In this document: positions 1 through 9,480 of the stretch, piece by piece
Position numbering within the stretch: the first letter of the stretch is position 1
Layout: every line of letters begins with the position of its first letter
Notes under the pieces: model-generated
What the model was told of the DNA's origin: nothing
Database searches by the model: none
What the model saw: the letters and a program-made list of their open reading frames with translations, nothing else
NCBI GenBank assembly: GCA_964546835.1
Contig: CAZJKW010000001.1
Coordinates: 1 to 47,113 of the forward strand
Direction: 5' to 3'
DNA length: 47,113 nucleotides
From: an uncultured Fimbriimonadales bacterium
GTDB lineage: Bacteria > Armatimonadota > Fimbriimonadia > Fimbriimonadales > ATM1
Program-made: the position numbers and the translations under genes

Positions 1-54
1 AGCGCTGCAATCGCACTGCAGAGGTCGTGGGTTCGAATCCCATCATCTCCACCA
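1..54 (+). tRNA. tRNA-Ala (anticodon CGC), 3' portion only; the 5' end lies outside the window
   Basis: Hand fold. Anticodon stem 5-9/17-21 (ctgca/tgcag), loop 10-16 with CGC at 12-14. T stem 27-31/39-43 around the ggttcgaatcc T-loop. Acceptor 3' strand 44-50, discriminator A51, encoded CCA 52-54. The T at the position-70 equivalent fits the Ala G3:U70 identity pair. Confidence 0.8.
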
Positions 55-93
55 GGTCAATTTGGTCCGAATTTAAGTTGAACCAAACTGACC
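55..93. terminator. Hairpin between tRNA-Ala (+) and the DinB-like gene (-); possible bidirectional terminator
   Basis: ggtcaatttggt (55-66) pairs with accaaactgacc (82-93), 12 bp with one mismatch and a 15-nt loop. There is no clear U-tract on either side. Confidence 0.3.
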
Positions 94-112
94 GGTAAGA
101 ACAAGTCCCAAC

Positions 113-589
113 TTAATGCATCTGTTTGTCTCCGTAAAGCGTTTGGATGTAATTGATTTGTCCTTCGTGATAGGCGAAATTCCAAAGCGGATAACCCATC
201 ATTTCCGGCATCGTGAATTCGCGTCCTCCGTCATAAGGTAGCCACTTTGTCTCGCTCAATCGCTCATCCGGCATCGCGCCGAAGTAGTCAAACAGGATTG
301 CCAGCCGGCGATTACATTCGGCTTCGCAATCTTCCACCGTTTTCCATTGCTCTTGCTCGGTTTTGATTTTCGCCATCGTTTCTTCATTCCATTCGGGTTG
401 AGGCTCGTTTGAAATAATCGAAAGGCACCATGACGGGCACATGGCGAGTTCGCGGCAGATATCCAAAGTCGAGCGGCCCTCATCCATTGGAGACCAATCC
501 ACTTTATCGGCCCTTACCGCTTTTGCCGCCTTAAAAGCATCGTTTGCGGCATTGCGAGTGACGTTAATCATGTGCTGTTGAAGATTCAT
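113..589 (-). CDS. DinB/YfiT-like (DinB_2) family protein
   Basis: 158-aa ORF, ATG start with GGAGG 7 nt upstream. The size and the C-terminal HEGQINYIQ-type motif are typical of four-helix DinB-fold metalloproteins. Confidence 0.7.
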   Translation of the reverse strand: MNLQQHMINVTRNAANDAFKAAKAVRADKVDWSPMDEGRSTLDICRELAMCPSWCLSIISNEPQPEWNEETMAKIKTEQEQWKTVEDCEAECNRRLAILFDYFGAMPDERLSETKWLPYDGGREFTMPEMMGYPLWNFAYHEGQINYIQTLYGDKQMH

Positions 590-618
590 CTCATTCCTCC
601 AAAATAGTAAACATCAGT

Positions 619-1863
619 CTACCATGAATAAGTTCCAAGAATGTTGGCTGCCCTATCCAATTCCTCAAAATCGTTCAAAATGTCTGGGCCCAGTCGGACA
701 AATCCGCTTCTGGCATCGGTCACCAAGCCATGGGCACTTTTGAGTTCGGCAGAACGATTGGCAGCGTCTTTGTGCTGAATTAATGAAAACGCACCAAATT
801 GATTGAGATCCTCTGGACAGAAATGACTGACACCTGTTTTGCTTAGGAACTCATGGAGATTAGTTCGTTGCACCAAATTGTATTCTCGTAAGCGTTCCAC
901 ACGGATGGCTTGAATCAGTTCGAGGCCGGCCAATGCCTGATAAAAGGTCAACACCGGCGGCGTAGACTCAAGCCATGAGTTTCCGCCGGAGCCGTACTTT
1001 GGAGGCACAGGCCTTAGATACTCAAATGGATTCTCTTTTGCAAACCATCCGGTATCTAAGCTTCGTCTGCCTTTTTCAATTTGGATTGGATGAATTGCCA
1101 GCCAACAAGCACCCGGACCGCCGCGTACATATTTGTAAGAGCCGCCAATCATAAAATCGCAATCCAGACTTTCAAAATCAATGGGTATGACCCCAAATGA
1201 ATGATAAGCGTCAATTAGAAACAGAGAATCACACTCTTTTGCTTTTTGCGAAATGGATTCTGTGTTTTGGATTATCTGTCCGGTTGTAAATTGCACGTGC
1301 GACACAACAACCAAATCTGTTTCTTTGCTAATTGCACTTACGATCTCATTTGTCGAGATGATTGGAACCTGCTGTTCATTAAGCGATGATTGAACATAAG
1401 TAATTTTTGCTTTTCCTGCCGATTCGTACGCCTTTAAAATATGGTCAATGCTGTCGAATTCACCAGAGGTTGTTACGATATTAAGTACTTTGTCATAAGG
1501 AAAACTGTTGAGAACGGCGCGCAATCCTTGACCTGCCGAAGATTTTGGAATTACGCAGTCCGAACATTTCAGTTTGATTAAGTCTGCAATTAAAGATTGA
1601 AATCGCGACATGGCGAGAGGCCAGCCAAATTCTTCCCATGAGTCGTCTAAGTTCGCATACCAAAGATTCAATCCTTCCATAACGTCAACCATCGTTCTGT
1701 CAAGCGGGCGACCTAAAGAGTGGTTTGCCAAATAAATCCGATGATCGTTCTTTTGTTCACCAAGCGTGACCCGAAACAAGGGATAAATATGTTGCTTAAT
1801 CAAAGATTCAGTCAAGGATTGATTGTCGATGGCGGCAACTGAATCTTTAATGGACAAGGTCAA
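619..1863 (-). CDS. kynU: Kynureninase (PLP-dependent)
   Basis: Contains ANHSLGRPL and GGSYKYVRGGPG (PLP-lysine region), typical of kynureninase. I place the start at TTG 1863, overlapping the kynA TGA stop, which gives 414 aa. The ATG at 2010 would overlap kynA by 151 nt. Confidence 0.85.
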   Translation of the reverse strand: MTLSIKDSVAAIDNQSLTESLIKQHIYPLFRVTLGEQKNDHRIYLANHSLGRPLDRTMVDVMEGLNLWYANLDDSWEEFGWPLAMSRFQSLIADLIKLKCSDCVIPKSSAGQGLRAVLNSFPYDKVLNIVTTSGEFDSIDHILKAYESAGKAKITYVQSSLNEQQVPIISTNEIVSAISKETDLVVVSHVQFTTGQIIQNTESISQKAKECDSLFLIDAYHSFGVIPIDFESLDCDFMIGGSYKYVRGGPGACWLAIHPIQIEKGRRSLDTGWFAKENPFEYLRPVPPKYGSGGNSWLESTPPVLTFYQALAGLELIQAIRVERLREYNLVQRTNLHEFLSKTGVSHFCPEDLNQFGAFSLIQHKDAANRSAELKSAHGLVTDARSGFVRLGPDILNDFEELDRAANILGTYSW

Positions 1864-2702
1864 GTTCCAATCTCCGTTCGGACATCCCAAAGTTCTGGAA
1901 ACAGTCTGATTTCGAGCCCGCGTCTTAAGAAAGGAACGCCGGAACTTCCGCCTGTTCCAGTTTTGAATCCAATGATTCTTTCGACGGTTCGCATGTGCCG
2001 AAATCTCCAAAGCGAAAAGTGCTGCTCGACATCAACCAGTTTTTCGCACATTTCATAAGCATCCCAATATTCAGATGGATTTTCGTAGATTCGCTTAAAA
2101 ACAGAAACAACTTCGGGATCTTCTTCATAAGGTTTTGACCAATCTCTTTCAACGCTGGTTTTTGGAACGGCATATCCTTTTCGAAATAAATGCCGTAAAA
2201 ACTCATCATATAAACTGGGTTCGTTTAATAAATGGATTAACTCAGAATATACTTTTTCATTGTGTTTAAAGACCGAGATAATTTTTTCATTTTTGTTTCC
2301 AAGCAAGAATTCAATTTTTCTGTTATTAAATGATTGTAGGCCGCTTGCATTTCCAAGAACGTGTCTGAATTGTGCGTACTCTGTCGGTGTTAACGTTTCC
2401 AAAACCGCCCATTGCTCAAAGAGCATTCTTTGGATCTGTTTAACTCGAGCCAGTATTTTGAAACAGGGAGATAATGAATCGGACTTTACAAATGTTACAG
2501 CGGCTTGTAACTCATGGACGGCGAGCTGCATCCAAAGTTCAGACGTTTGGTGCTGAATGATAAAAAGCATTTCGTCGTGGTGCACCGGGTTTGACAAAGG
2601 CGTTTGTGCAGAGAGTACTTCTTCTAATTTCAGATAACCAGAATAGTCCAGTTTCTCACGAAAGTCGGTTTCGATTCCTGACTCAAATTCTCTTTCTGAC
2701 AT
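1860..2702 (-). CDS. kynA: Tryptophan 2,3-dioxygenase
   Basis: 280 aa. The N-terminal LDYSGYLKLEEVLSAQ...HDEMLFIIQHQTSELW stretch is characteristic of bacterial TDO. It sits directly upstream of kynureninase. Confidence 0.85.
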   Translation of the reverse strand: MSEREFESGIETDFREKLDYSGYLKLEEVLSAQTPLSNPVHHDEMLFIIQHQTSELWMQLAVHELQAAVTFVKSDSLSPCFKILARVKQIQRMLFEQWAVLETLTPTEYAQFRHVLGNASGLQSFNNRKIEFLLGNKNEKIISVFKHNEKVYSELIHLLNEPSLYDEFLRHLFRKGYAVPKTSVERDWSKPYEEDPEVVSVFKRIYENPSEYWDAYEMCEKLVDVEQHFSLWRFRHMRTVERIIGFKTGTGGSSGVPFLRRGLEIRLFPELWDVRTEIGT

Positions 2703-2752
2703 AAGTTAGGTGAACGATACCACGATAAATTCGTATGGGATAATGATTAACA

Positions 2753-3505
2753 ATGATAAGTACGTTTTTGCTTGCTGCAGGAGTGCTAAGTACCTTTGAA
2801 CCAACCGAATTGAGTTTGGAAATTGAGGATACAAAACGAACGGCAATAGTGTATGAAGCAACCTTAAGGAATAAGTCCGGCCCTGTCATTTTTGTGTTTC
2901 ACGGGTTTACCGGAAGTGCCAAGCAAGCAGCGTTCAGTTACAAAATGCACGAAGAATGGCCGGAAGCGACGGTCGTTTACCCGCAAGGCCTCAATGTGGA
3001 GTTGTTGGGACGCAAGGCACCAGGATGGCAGATCGCCGAAGGAATGTACGAAAATCGTGATTTGAAGTTCTTTGATTCATTATTAAAAAAACTGTCAAGT
3101 GATTTTAAAGTTGACAAGAGTAACGTATTCACGTGCGGCATGTCCAACGGTGCAATTTTTTCGTATTTGTTAATATCTGAACGAGGAAAACAGCTAAAAG
3201 GAGCCGCACCTGTTGGCGGATTTGCGCCTCTTTCCTTCAAAGGAGCGCCTGCAGTTCCCATTCTGATTATTCACGGTAAAACGGACCCGCTGATTGGAAT
3301 CAATCTGGCAGAAAATAGTCGCGATAGGGCTATCGAAAACAATAAGACGTCTAAGCAAACATCGGAATGGCAGCCGGGTTATTTGAAATATGAAATCCAA
3401 AAAAATGGCAAAGATGTGATTTGGTATGCACATGAAGGTGGGCACGTTTGGCCACAAGGTGCGACAAAATCAATTGTGAAGTTCTTTAAGTCATTAACAA
3501 ATTAG
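2753..3505 (+). CDS. Alpha/beta hydrolase (esterase / PHB depolymerase-like, LpqC-type)
   Basis: 250 aa with a hydrophobic N terminus, a GMSNG nucleophile elbow (GxSxG), and HGFTGS and IHGKTDP motifs. Confidence 0.7.
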   Translation: MISTFLLAAGVLSTFEPTELSLEIEDTKRTAIVYEATLRNKSGPVIFVFHGFTGSAKQAAFSYKMHEEWPEATVVYPQGLNVELLGRKAPGWQIAEGMYENRDLKFFDSLLKKLSSDFKVDKSNVFTCGMSNGAIFSYLLISERGKQLKGAAPVGGFAPLSFKGAPAVPILIIHGKTDPLIGINLAENSRDRAIENNKTSKQTSEWQPGYLKYEIQKNGKDVIWYAHEGGHVWPQGATKSIVKFFKSLTN

Positions 3506-4026
3506 CGGTTTGGAATTATGAAAGCAAAAGAAAGACATTGAATCAACTTTCCATTTGGGTCTTTGTTCTTATCAGCAAACTCAGATGCGGTTTCAATCAT
3601 TTTGTAAAATGCTTTTAAGTTCTTGTTGCTGAGCCTCACTTGTCTATTGATTATAAGTACATTCGCATCTACTATTGATATTTTCTTGAATAGGTTCGAA
3701 GTGTGTTTCAGGTTGTTAAGGATTGATTTATGATTGATTTGTTGCAAAGTTTTTGTGTTGCCTTTTGGCAAGACAAACTGGAAGGCAACCGGTGCGAACC
3801 ATGTTTCGGGCTTATGCTTTGACGGGCGTTTGCCGACGCTTTTCACCAGTTTGGCCCTTTGCAAAAGGTCGAGGTGATACATTGTTGTGGCTGGGGAGCG
3901 GCCGATAAACTTCGAAATTTGCGAAACGTTTGCTGACTTCAGGTCAATAAGTACTCGAAGTAATTCAAGCCGAATCGGCGACTCCAAGCAGCGGAGTTGA
4001 CTAATGCTGAGAGTTACTTTTGGCAT
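3502..4026 (-). CDS. ArsR-family winged-helix transcriptional regulator with C-terminal extension
   Basis: The N-terminal ESPIRLELLRVL...VSQISKFIGRSPATTMYHLDLLQRAKLV stretch matches the ArsR/SmtB HTH pattern. It is divergent from the neighbouring gene across a palindrome. Confidence 0.7.
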   Translation of the reverse strand: MPKVTLSISQLRCLESPIRLELLRVLIDLKSANVSQISKFIGRSPATTMYHLDLLQRAKLVKSVGKRPSKHKPETWFAPVAFQFVLPKGNTKTLQQINHKSILNNLKHTSNLFKKISIVDANVLIINRQVRLSNKNLKAFYKMIETASEFADKNKDPNGKLIQCLSFAFIIPNR

Positions 4027-4060
4027 AATTTGAAAACCGGGAACTTTTCAAATTATGCCA
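4021..4060. promoter_or_regulatory. Perfect inverted repeat (16 nt + 8 nt spacer + 16 nt); putative operator and overlapping divergent promoters
   Basis: tggcataatttgaaaa (4021-4036) is the exact reverse complement of ttttcaaattatgcca (4045-4060). Each arm reads TGgCATAAT (extended -10-like) on one strand. Each arm also contains the ATG of the gene on the other strand. Confidence 0.55.
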
Positions 4061-5527
4061 TACGTTGTACTGAGCATGCTGAGTTTGTTTAGGACTTTGA
4101 GCGTGATTTCGCTTCTATCAACATTTGCTTGCACAACGATGCAGTCTCCAAGTGCGCTCCTGACTGATTTGATTTCTGCTCTTAATAGCAAGAACAAGGC
4201 AGAAATTACCAAATATGTGGAGTCACGGGCAACGAATTCATTACCAATCGAACAGCGAGTCGAACGACTCATAAATTTTATGAATCAAGGAGCTCCTTTT
4301 AGATTAAGCGGCGACATTTCTGATAATGGCAAAACTCTAACTGCAATTATTGTGGACAAAAATGAAACAAGATTGAAAGTAAAGCTAAATTATGAAGGTG
4401 TCAATAATTCCAAAATGGTTTCCTTAATGGTTGAACCAGAAGAAAGCAACCAACTTGACCCAAAAGCGATTTCGTGGAGCAATTTGAATGAATTGGCGAA
4501 GGCGTTGTGCACAGAAACAAAGAAGCCGGCGGTCGCTATCGGAATTCTCAAAAACAGCAAGAAAGAATTTGGAATCTATGGAGTTAGAAAACTGGGTCAG
4601 TCAGAACAAGCAAGAATAGAAGACGTATGGAGCATTGGATCAATTGGAAAACCGATTTGCTCAACATTAATTGGAATTCTGATTGATGAAGGGAAACTCA
4701 GTTTTCATAAAACATTAAAGGAGGTTTTTCCTCAGTATGAGATGAATCCGATGTTCGAAGAAATTACGATTGAACAGATTCTCCAACATCGAAGCGGTTT
4801 GCCCCAAGATGAGAGTTTTACTGCATTAAGGGTTAATCAAATAGTTGGCACGCTGACTGACGCGAAGAAGATTAGAGAAAAATATGTGAAAGATATTCTT
4901 GGGCGAAGTCCAATTGGAAAGCCGGGCGAAAAATTTGCTTATTCAAATGCGGGTTACGCAATTCTCGGACATATTGCCGAATTAGTTGGGGGTTCGAACT
5001 ACGAAGATTTAGTGCAAAAAAAGATTTTTGATAAATTGGGTATCAAAAACGCTTTTATGAGTTCGACTAATTTGCCGTCAGAAAGACCCAGCGGCCATGT
5101 ACCTGGGCCTAACGGACTTCGGCCATATGATATGAAAGGGCCTTTAGAAAAAATGATGGCTCCTGCCGGAGGAGGTTTATTTATGTCCGTAAGTGATTTA
5201 TTGATTTTTGGAAATGAACATTTAAATCTTATGAATGGGAATAAGGGCATTTTAAAAGCGGAAACTGCGAAGCGAATTCATCTTGGAATCCAGGAAGAAG
5301 GCGGTGAAATGAAGTACGCATGCGGTTGGGGAATTGTCAAAATTCCGGGAATACAAGAATTCCACGGACACAACGGCTCCAATGGAACAATGCAGTCGGA
5401 ATTGGCGATTTTTCCGGCTGCAAACTTGGTGGTTGTGTGTTTTACCAATGCAGGTGGTGAGGAGCCAATGCCCGTTGGATTGAAAGCAGTTATTGCAGTA
5501 GCAAGTCGTTTCGCTCCGGGAGATTAG
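4055..5527 (+). CDS. Serine hydrolase, beta-lactamase/PBP4*-like family, with N-terminal extra domain
   Basis: 490 aa with an SIGK (SxxK) motif and a YSNAGY (YxN) motif, plus a hydrophobic N-terminal signal-like segment. M8 is an alternative start. Confidence 0.75.
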   Translation: MPYVVLSMLSLFRTLSVISLLSTFACTTMQSPSALLTDLISALNSKNKAEITKYVESRATNSLPIEQRVERLINFMNQGAPFRLSGDISDNGKTLTAIIVDKNETRLKVKLNYEGVNNSKMVSLMVEPEESNQLDPKAISWSNLNELAKALCTETKKPAVAIGILKNSKKEFGIYGVRKLGQSEQARIEDVWSIGSIGKPICSTLIGILIDEGKLSFHKTLKEVFPQYEMNPMFEEITIEQILQHRSGLPQDESFTALRVNQIVGTLTDAKKIREKYVKDILGRSPIGKPGEKFAYSNAGYAILGHIAELVGGSNYEDLVQKKIFDKLGIKNAFMSSTNLPSERPSGHVPGPNGLRPYDMKGPLEKMMAPAGGGLFMSVSDLLIFGNEHLNLMNGNKGILKAETAKRIHLGIQEEGGEMKYACGWGIVKIPGIQEFHGHNGSNGTMQSELAIFPAANLVVVCFTNAGGEEPMPVGLKAVIAVASRFAPGD

Positions 5528-5989
5528 TTAATCCGCTTCTGAAATCAAATCCTGTAGATTGAGTGGGCGGGTGAACATGGCAACCCCTAACGAGTCCATG
5601 GGCCATTCGTCCATTGGGCGGTCCCAATAAATTTCGATACCGTTTTGATCTGGGTCCCGAAAATAGATGGCTTCGCTAACCCCGTGGTCTGCTGCTCCAT
5701 CCAGGGTGACCCCGTGTTCAACTATTCGCTTAACTGCGATTGCCAGCTCCTTTCGCGTGGAAAAAAGAACTGCAAAGTGAAAGAGACCCGTGTTGTTCGG
5801 CGCCGGTGCAGTTCCGCCTTTGCTTTGCCAAACGTTCAGGCCCAGATGGTGATGGTAATTGTCGAATGCCAAAAAGGCCGCCGAAGAGCCCATCCTTTGC
5901 CTTAACTTCATTCCCAGTACGTTTTGGTAAAACTCGATGGAACGCTCTAAGTTAGAAACCTTCAAATGGACGTGACCAATTTGCGGCAT
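5528..5989 (-). CDS. VOC / glyoxalase-bleomycin resistance-dioxygenase family protein
   Basis: 153 aa. It has the GHVHLKVSNLERSIEFYQNVLGM N-terminal beta-alpha-beta-beta-beta module and a FRDPDQNGIEIY C-terminal motif. Confidence 0.75.
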   Translation of the reverse strand: MPQIGHVHLKVSNLERSIEFYQNVLGMKLRQRMGSSAAFLAFDNYHHHLGLNVWQSKGGTAPAPNNTGLFHFAVLFSTRKELAIAVKRIVEHGVTLDGAADHGVSEAIYFRDPDQNGIEIYWDRPMDEWPMDSLGVAMFTRPLNLQDLISEAD

Positions 5990-6074
5990 GGAATTGGTTT
6001 ACCCTGTTTCAAACTTTTGAGTCCATTCGTGCCGTCTTACGGGCAACTTGAAGGGCTTTTCAAGAGGGTTGAAC

Positions 6075-9000
6075 ATGCGTTTTTTTGTATTGCTTGTCTC
6101 TGTATTTTGGGTGTCGCTCTGCTTTTCACAGAAATTTGTCACTGTTGGAATTGCTGGGTTAAGTAATCCGGCTGAATACTTGTCCAGAAATTTAAGCTCG
6201 AATTCGAAAATCATGTTTCGAGACAAAGTTTCTCAAGCGTTTGTGGTCCAGTTAAGTGAAAATACAAACGCAAGCGACCTTGTAATAAAACTCCAAAAAC
6301 TTCCCTTCGTCGTTTTTGCCAGAAAATCTAATCCAAATGTTAATGCCGAAACAACGAATGTCTACGATTTAGATGAACTAAAGGAGTTAATTTCCGAACT
6401 GAAGGGAAGAAATAAAGACCGAGAAATGATGTTTAAGGCACTCGGCAAACCTCCCATTCAAAAAACCGACAAAATCAAAACAGGTTATTTAGAAGCGTGG
6501 CTGTTTTGGTTTGAAGAACGTGCTTTTCCTTTCAAAACAATTGATACGATGGCGATTGAAAAAGCAGCTGATCATCGGGACCAAATGGAGCCCGCACTTT
6601 TTGGGAAAGGAGATGGTTTAGGTGCAACTATTTGGCAATACGTCGGCCCCAAGAATTTGGATATCCCTTACAGCACCTATTACGGAATTCGACCTATTAA
6701 TGGTCGAGTTGGTGCAATTGCTGTTGACAAAAACAACAACTCAATTATTTATATGGGTGGAGCCAACGGTGGCATTTGGAAATCAACGGACGGCGGCGTG
6801 AACTGGATTCCATTAACGGATTACTGGACATATCTTACGGTGAGTAGTATTGCAATTGACCCATCAAATTCTCAAGTTATTTATGTTGGAACGGGAGATT
6901 ATCACGGTTCAAAGCCATACCAAATGGGAATTATGAAATCTACTAACGGCGGAACGAGTTGGACTCAATTGGGTAATTCCAGTTTTGGAACAAGAGCCGT
7001 AAGCAAAATTCTGATTGACCCGGAAAATCCACAAATCATCACCGTAACAACCGGGCGCGGTTCAGGCGGAAACGGGTTTGTTTGGCGCTCTACTAATGGT
7101 GGAACTTCGTGGACGAATGTCTTAAACACGTCTGCCGGATGGTGCACCGGAAGCATCGGAGCAATTGACGGAAGCAATCAGCGCGCCTATTATGTGAGCG
7201 GTAGCGGAACCGGAGGAAATGTGTGGAAGTCGCTGGATCGCGGAGCAACCTGGACAAAGTTAACAACTCCTGCAAGTACAGGAAGTCACACCGTCATTTC
7301 CGTTGCAGCATCGCCCAATTTTCCCGGAACCGTTTACATTGTTGTTAATGCTGACAGAAAGATTTTTAAGAGCACGGATTATGGTGTCAATTGGACTGAC
7401 ATCACAACTGGATTCCCAAATGGAACCAATAATTATTTTTGGAGCCAATCCACATACAATTTCTTTTTAGACATTTCATCTGCACCCGGTCCGGTGGATA
7501 CGATTTATGTTGGAATGATTGATGCAGTCATGTCAAAAGATGGCGGGTCAACTTGGCAGAGCATTGGCGGACCAACTTATGTGGGTGCATCCAAGTTACA
7601 CAACGATCAACATGTTTTGACAGTTGACCCTACAAACCCAAATGTGGTTTTCGTCGGTAACGACGGAGGTATTTACAGACATACTTTTGACCCTGCAGCA
7701 GGAACGGGAATCTGGGATTATCTGAGCGCAAACATCGGTCTGACCATGTTTTACAAAATGGATGTGCATCCGACTAATCCAAATTATCTGATTGGAGGAA
7801 CTCAAGATAACGCAACTCCCGTTGCAATTGGTGATCTCAACAATTGGGAAAATTGCGGTGGAGGAGACGGCGGCTTCGGTGCAATCAATCCGAATAATCC
7901 AAACATTCAATATTCCGAAGCCCAATACCTTGCTTTGTATAGAACAGCAAACAATTGGACATCTTCTTCAAGTGTTGCGCCAAGTTACGGTACCGATTCA
8001 GTTGCATTTATTGCACCGTTTGTTCTCGACCCTAACAACCCGAATCTACTTTATGCAGGGACGACTTATCTGTATCGAAGAAATGATTCCACAAGCACGT
8101 GGGAAAACCGATTGGGAGGAATAAAACTCTCAAACACTGGAACGATAAGATTCATTGCAATTGCTCCAAGTGATTCAAACTACATTTACACCGTAGCAAG
8201 CGATGGCCAAGTGTGGATGACAACAAATGCGGGAGCAACTTGGTCTCAAATCAATACAGGCACAACTTCGTTGCCGGCACGAACGTTTAATTACATCACG
8301 ATTAATCGTGCAAACAAAACTGACATCATTGTTTCCTGTTCCGGCACAGGCACGGGTCATATTTGGCGATGCGCCAATACTCAAGCGGCGACAAGAACTT
8401 GGACAAACATCTCCGGGTCTGGAGCAACCGGACTTCCTGACATTCCCGCAAATGCTGTTTTTCGTGATTCTTTTGACTTCGAAAATACCTATTTCGTTGG
8501 AACGGATTTGGGCGCATTCATGACAGAAAATGGTGGACAAACTTGGAAAAACATGACTCAACCATTAGGGCTGCCTAATGTTCAAGTAAACGACTTTCGG
8601 ATTCAAAATCGAAACACGCTATATACTGCAACTTACGGCAGAGGCATGTGGAAACTAAACTTACCGCCGATTATTTTGCCCACAACTGCGGTATTCAATA
8701 ACGGCACCGTTTCCGGTGGAACATCGCAAACAGCCGAGAGCGATGACCAACGATTTTCGTCCACAATCAGTCAGCCGGTAAAGCAAGTTATCGCAAGTTT
8801 CACAGGTGTCTCGACGGTTGCCACGCCGACCGAATTACATTTCTTTTTGGAGTCTAATTGCTCAAGATTTGGAACGACTCAAGTATTGGAACTATTCAAT
8901 TACACAACAAACAGTTGGCAAACCGTACGTACTTCAACAACTTCTACTTCAGACAGAAGATTCATTGTCAAAATAACCAGCAACGCGGGCAATTTCGTTC

Positions 9001-9119
9001 AGCCGGGCACCCTACAAGTTTCAGCACGAGTGCGTTGGAGTTTTGCACCCGATGTAAGTGGACCCAGCGGTAACGTCACCTATTCTGTGGATCGCGCAGT
9101 TTGGCGAGTTTATCCATAA
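6075..9119 (+). CDS. Secreted BNR/Asp-box repeat beta-propeller protein (sortilin-VPS10 / GH74-like)
   Basis: At least eight SxDxGxTW-type boxes: STDGGVNW, STNGGTSW twice, SLDRGATW, STDYGVNW, SKDGGSTW, TTNAGATW, TENGGQTW. I chose the ATG at 6075, which has an AGAGGG RBS and a signal peptide MRFFVLLVSVFWVSLCFS. The track ORF begins at TTG 6048. Confidence 0.75.
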   Translation: MRFFVLLVSVFWVSLCFSQKFVTVGIAGLSNPAEYLSRNLSSNSKIMFRDKVSQAFVVQLSENTNASDLVIKLQKLPFVVFARKSNPNVNAETTNVYDLDELKELISELKGRNKDREMMFKALGKPPIQKTDKIKTGYLEAWLFWFEERAFPFKTIDTMAIEKAADHRDQMEPALFGKGDGLGATIWQYVGPKNLDIPYSTYYGIRPINGRVGAIAVDKNNNSIIYMGGANGGIWKSTDGGVNWIPLTDYWTYLTVSSIAIDPSNSQVIYVGTGDYHGSKPYQMGIMKSTNGGTSWTQLGNSSFGTRAVSKILIDPENPQIITVTTGRGSGGNGFVWRSTNGGTSWTNVLNTSAGWCTGSIGAIDGSNQRAYYVSGSGTGGNVWKSLDRGATWTKLTTPASTGSHTVISVAASPNFPGTVYIVVNADRKIFKSTDYGVNWTDITTGFPNGTNNYFWSQSTYNFFLDISSAPGPVDTIYVGMIDAVMSKDGGSTWQSIGGPTYVGASKLHNDQHVLTVDPTNPNVVFVGNDGGIYRHTFDPAAGTGIWDYLSANIGLTMFYKMDVHPTNPNYLIGGTQDNATPVAIGDLNNWENCGGGDGGFGAINPNNPNIQYSEAQYLALYRTANNWTSSSSVAPSYGTDSVAFIAPFVLDPNNPNLLYAGTTYLYRRNDSTSTWENRLGGIKLSNTGTIRFIAIAPSDSNYIYTVASDGQVWMTTNAGATWSQINTGTTSLPARTFNYITINRANKTDIIVSCSGTGTGHIWRCANTQAATRTWTNISGSGATGLPDIPANAVFRDSFDFENTYFVGTDLGAFMTENGGQTWKNMTQPLGLPNVQVNDFRIQNRNTLYTATYGRGMWKLNLPPIILPTTAVFNNGTVSGGTSQTAESDDQRFSSTISQPVKQVIASFTGVSTVATPTELHFFLESNCSRFGTTQVLELFNYTTNSWQTVRTSTTSTSDRRFIVKITSNAGNFVQPGTLQVSARVRWSFAPDVSGPSGNVTYSVDRAVWRVYP

Positions 9120-9129
9120 TAATCTGAAT

Positions 9130-9480
9130 ATGAAACATACGGCTGTTTTTCTCATGGCATGTGTTTTGGGTTGTTCAGGAAAAACGCTTAGCGGTACTTA
9201 TGAACTTGCAGCGCCCGGGAGCAAACTCAAAATTAGTATCGTTTTGGATGAATCAGGACACTTCAAAGAAATCACCAAAGTTTCAGCAAAATCAGCAATT
9301 GGAACAACAGTCACAGGCAGATACAAAATAATTGACAATAACCTGATCCTGGTTTATCCGGAAGAAACAACAGGCGATGTTAACTCCGAAGAAAGAGAAA
9401 GAAAACTTGAAATTCAGAATGACGGAAAAACGCTACAAGTTCCAAACAATTCTAAAATGAAGTTCGAAAAAACCGGTTAA
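9130..9480 (+). CDS. Small lipoprotein, unknown function
   Basis: MKHTAVFLMACVLGCSGK has a lipobox VLGC. I chose the internal ATG because the upstream part of the track ORF overlaps the BNR gene. Confidence 0.55.
   Translation: MKHTAVFLMACVLGCSGKTLSGTYELAAPGSKLKISIVLDESGHFKEITKVSAKSAIGTTVTGRYKIIDNNLILVYPEETTGDVNSEERERKLEIQNDGKTLQVPNNSKMKFEKTG

Noticed and set aside
1-620. tRNA-adjacent genomic island
   Set aside because: There is no integrase, no direct repeat of the tRNA 3' end, and no obvious compositional break. The downstream genes are ordinary metabolic genes.
1864-2010. N-terminal extensions offered by the ORF track for kynU, and likewise for tolC (18767-19012), the MFP gene (17470-17580), pyrH (35519-35698), the DsbD-N-like gene (35475-35588) and skp (45790-45837)
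   Set aside because: Each extension overlaps the upstream or divergent gene and is basic and low in complexity. Each is followed by an internal start that yields a normal-length protein, usually with a signal peptide or RBS.
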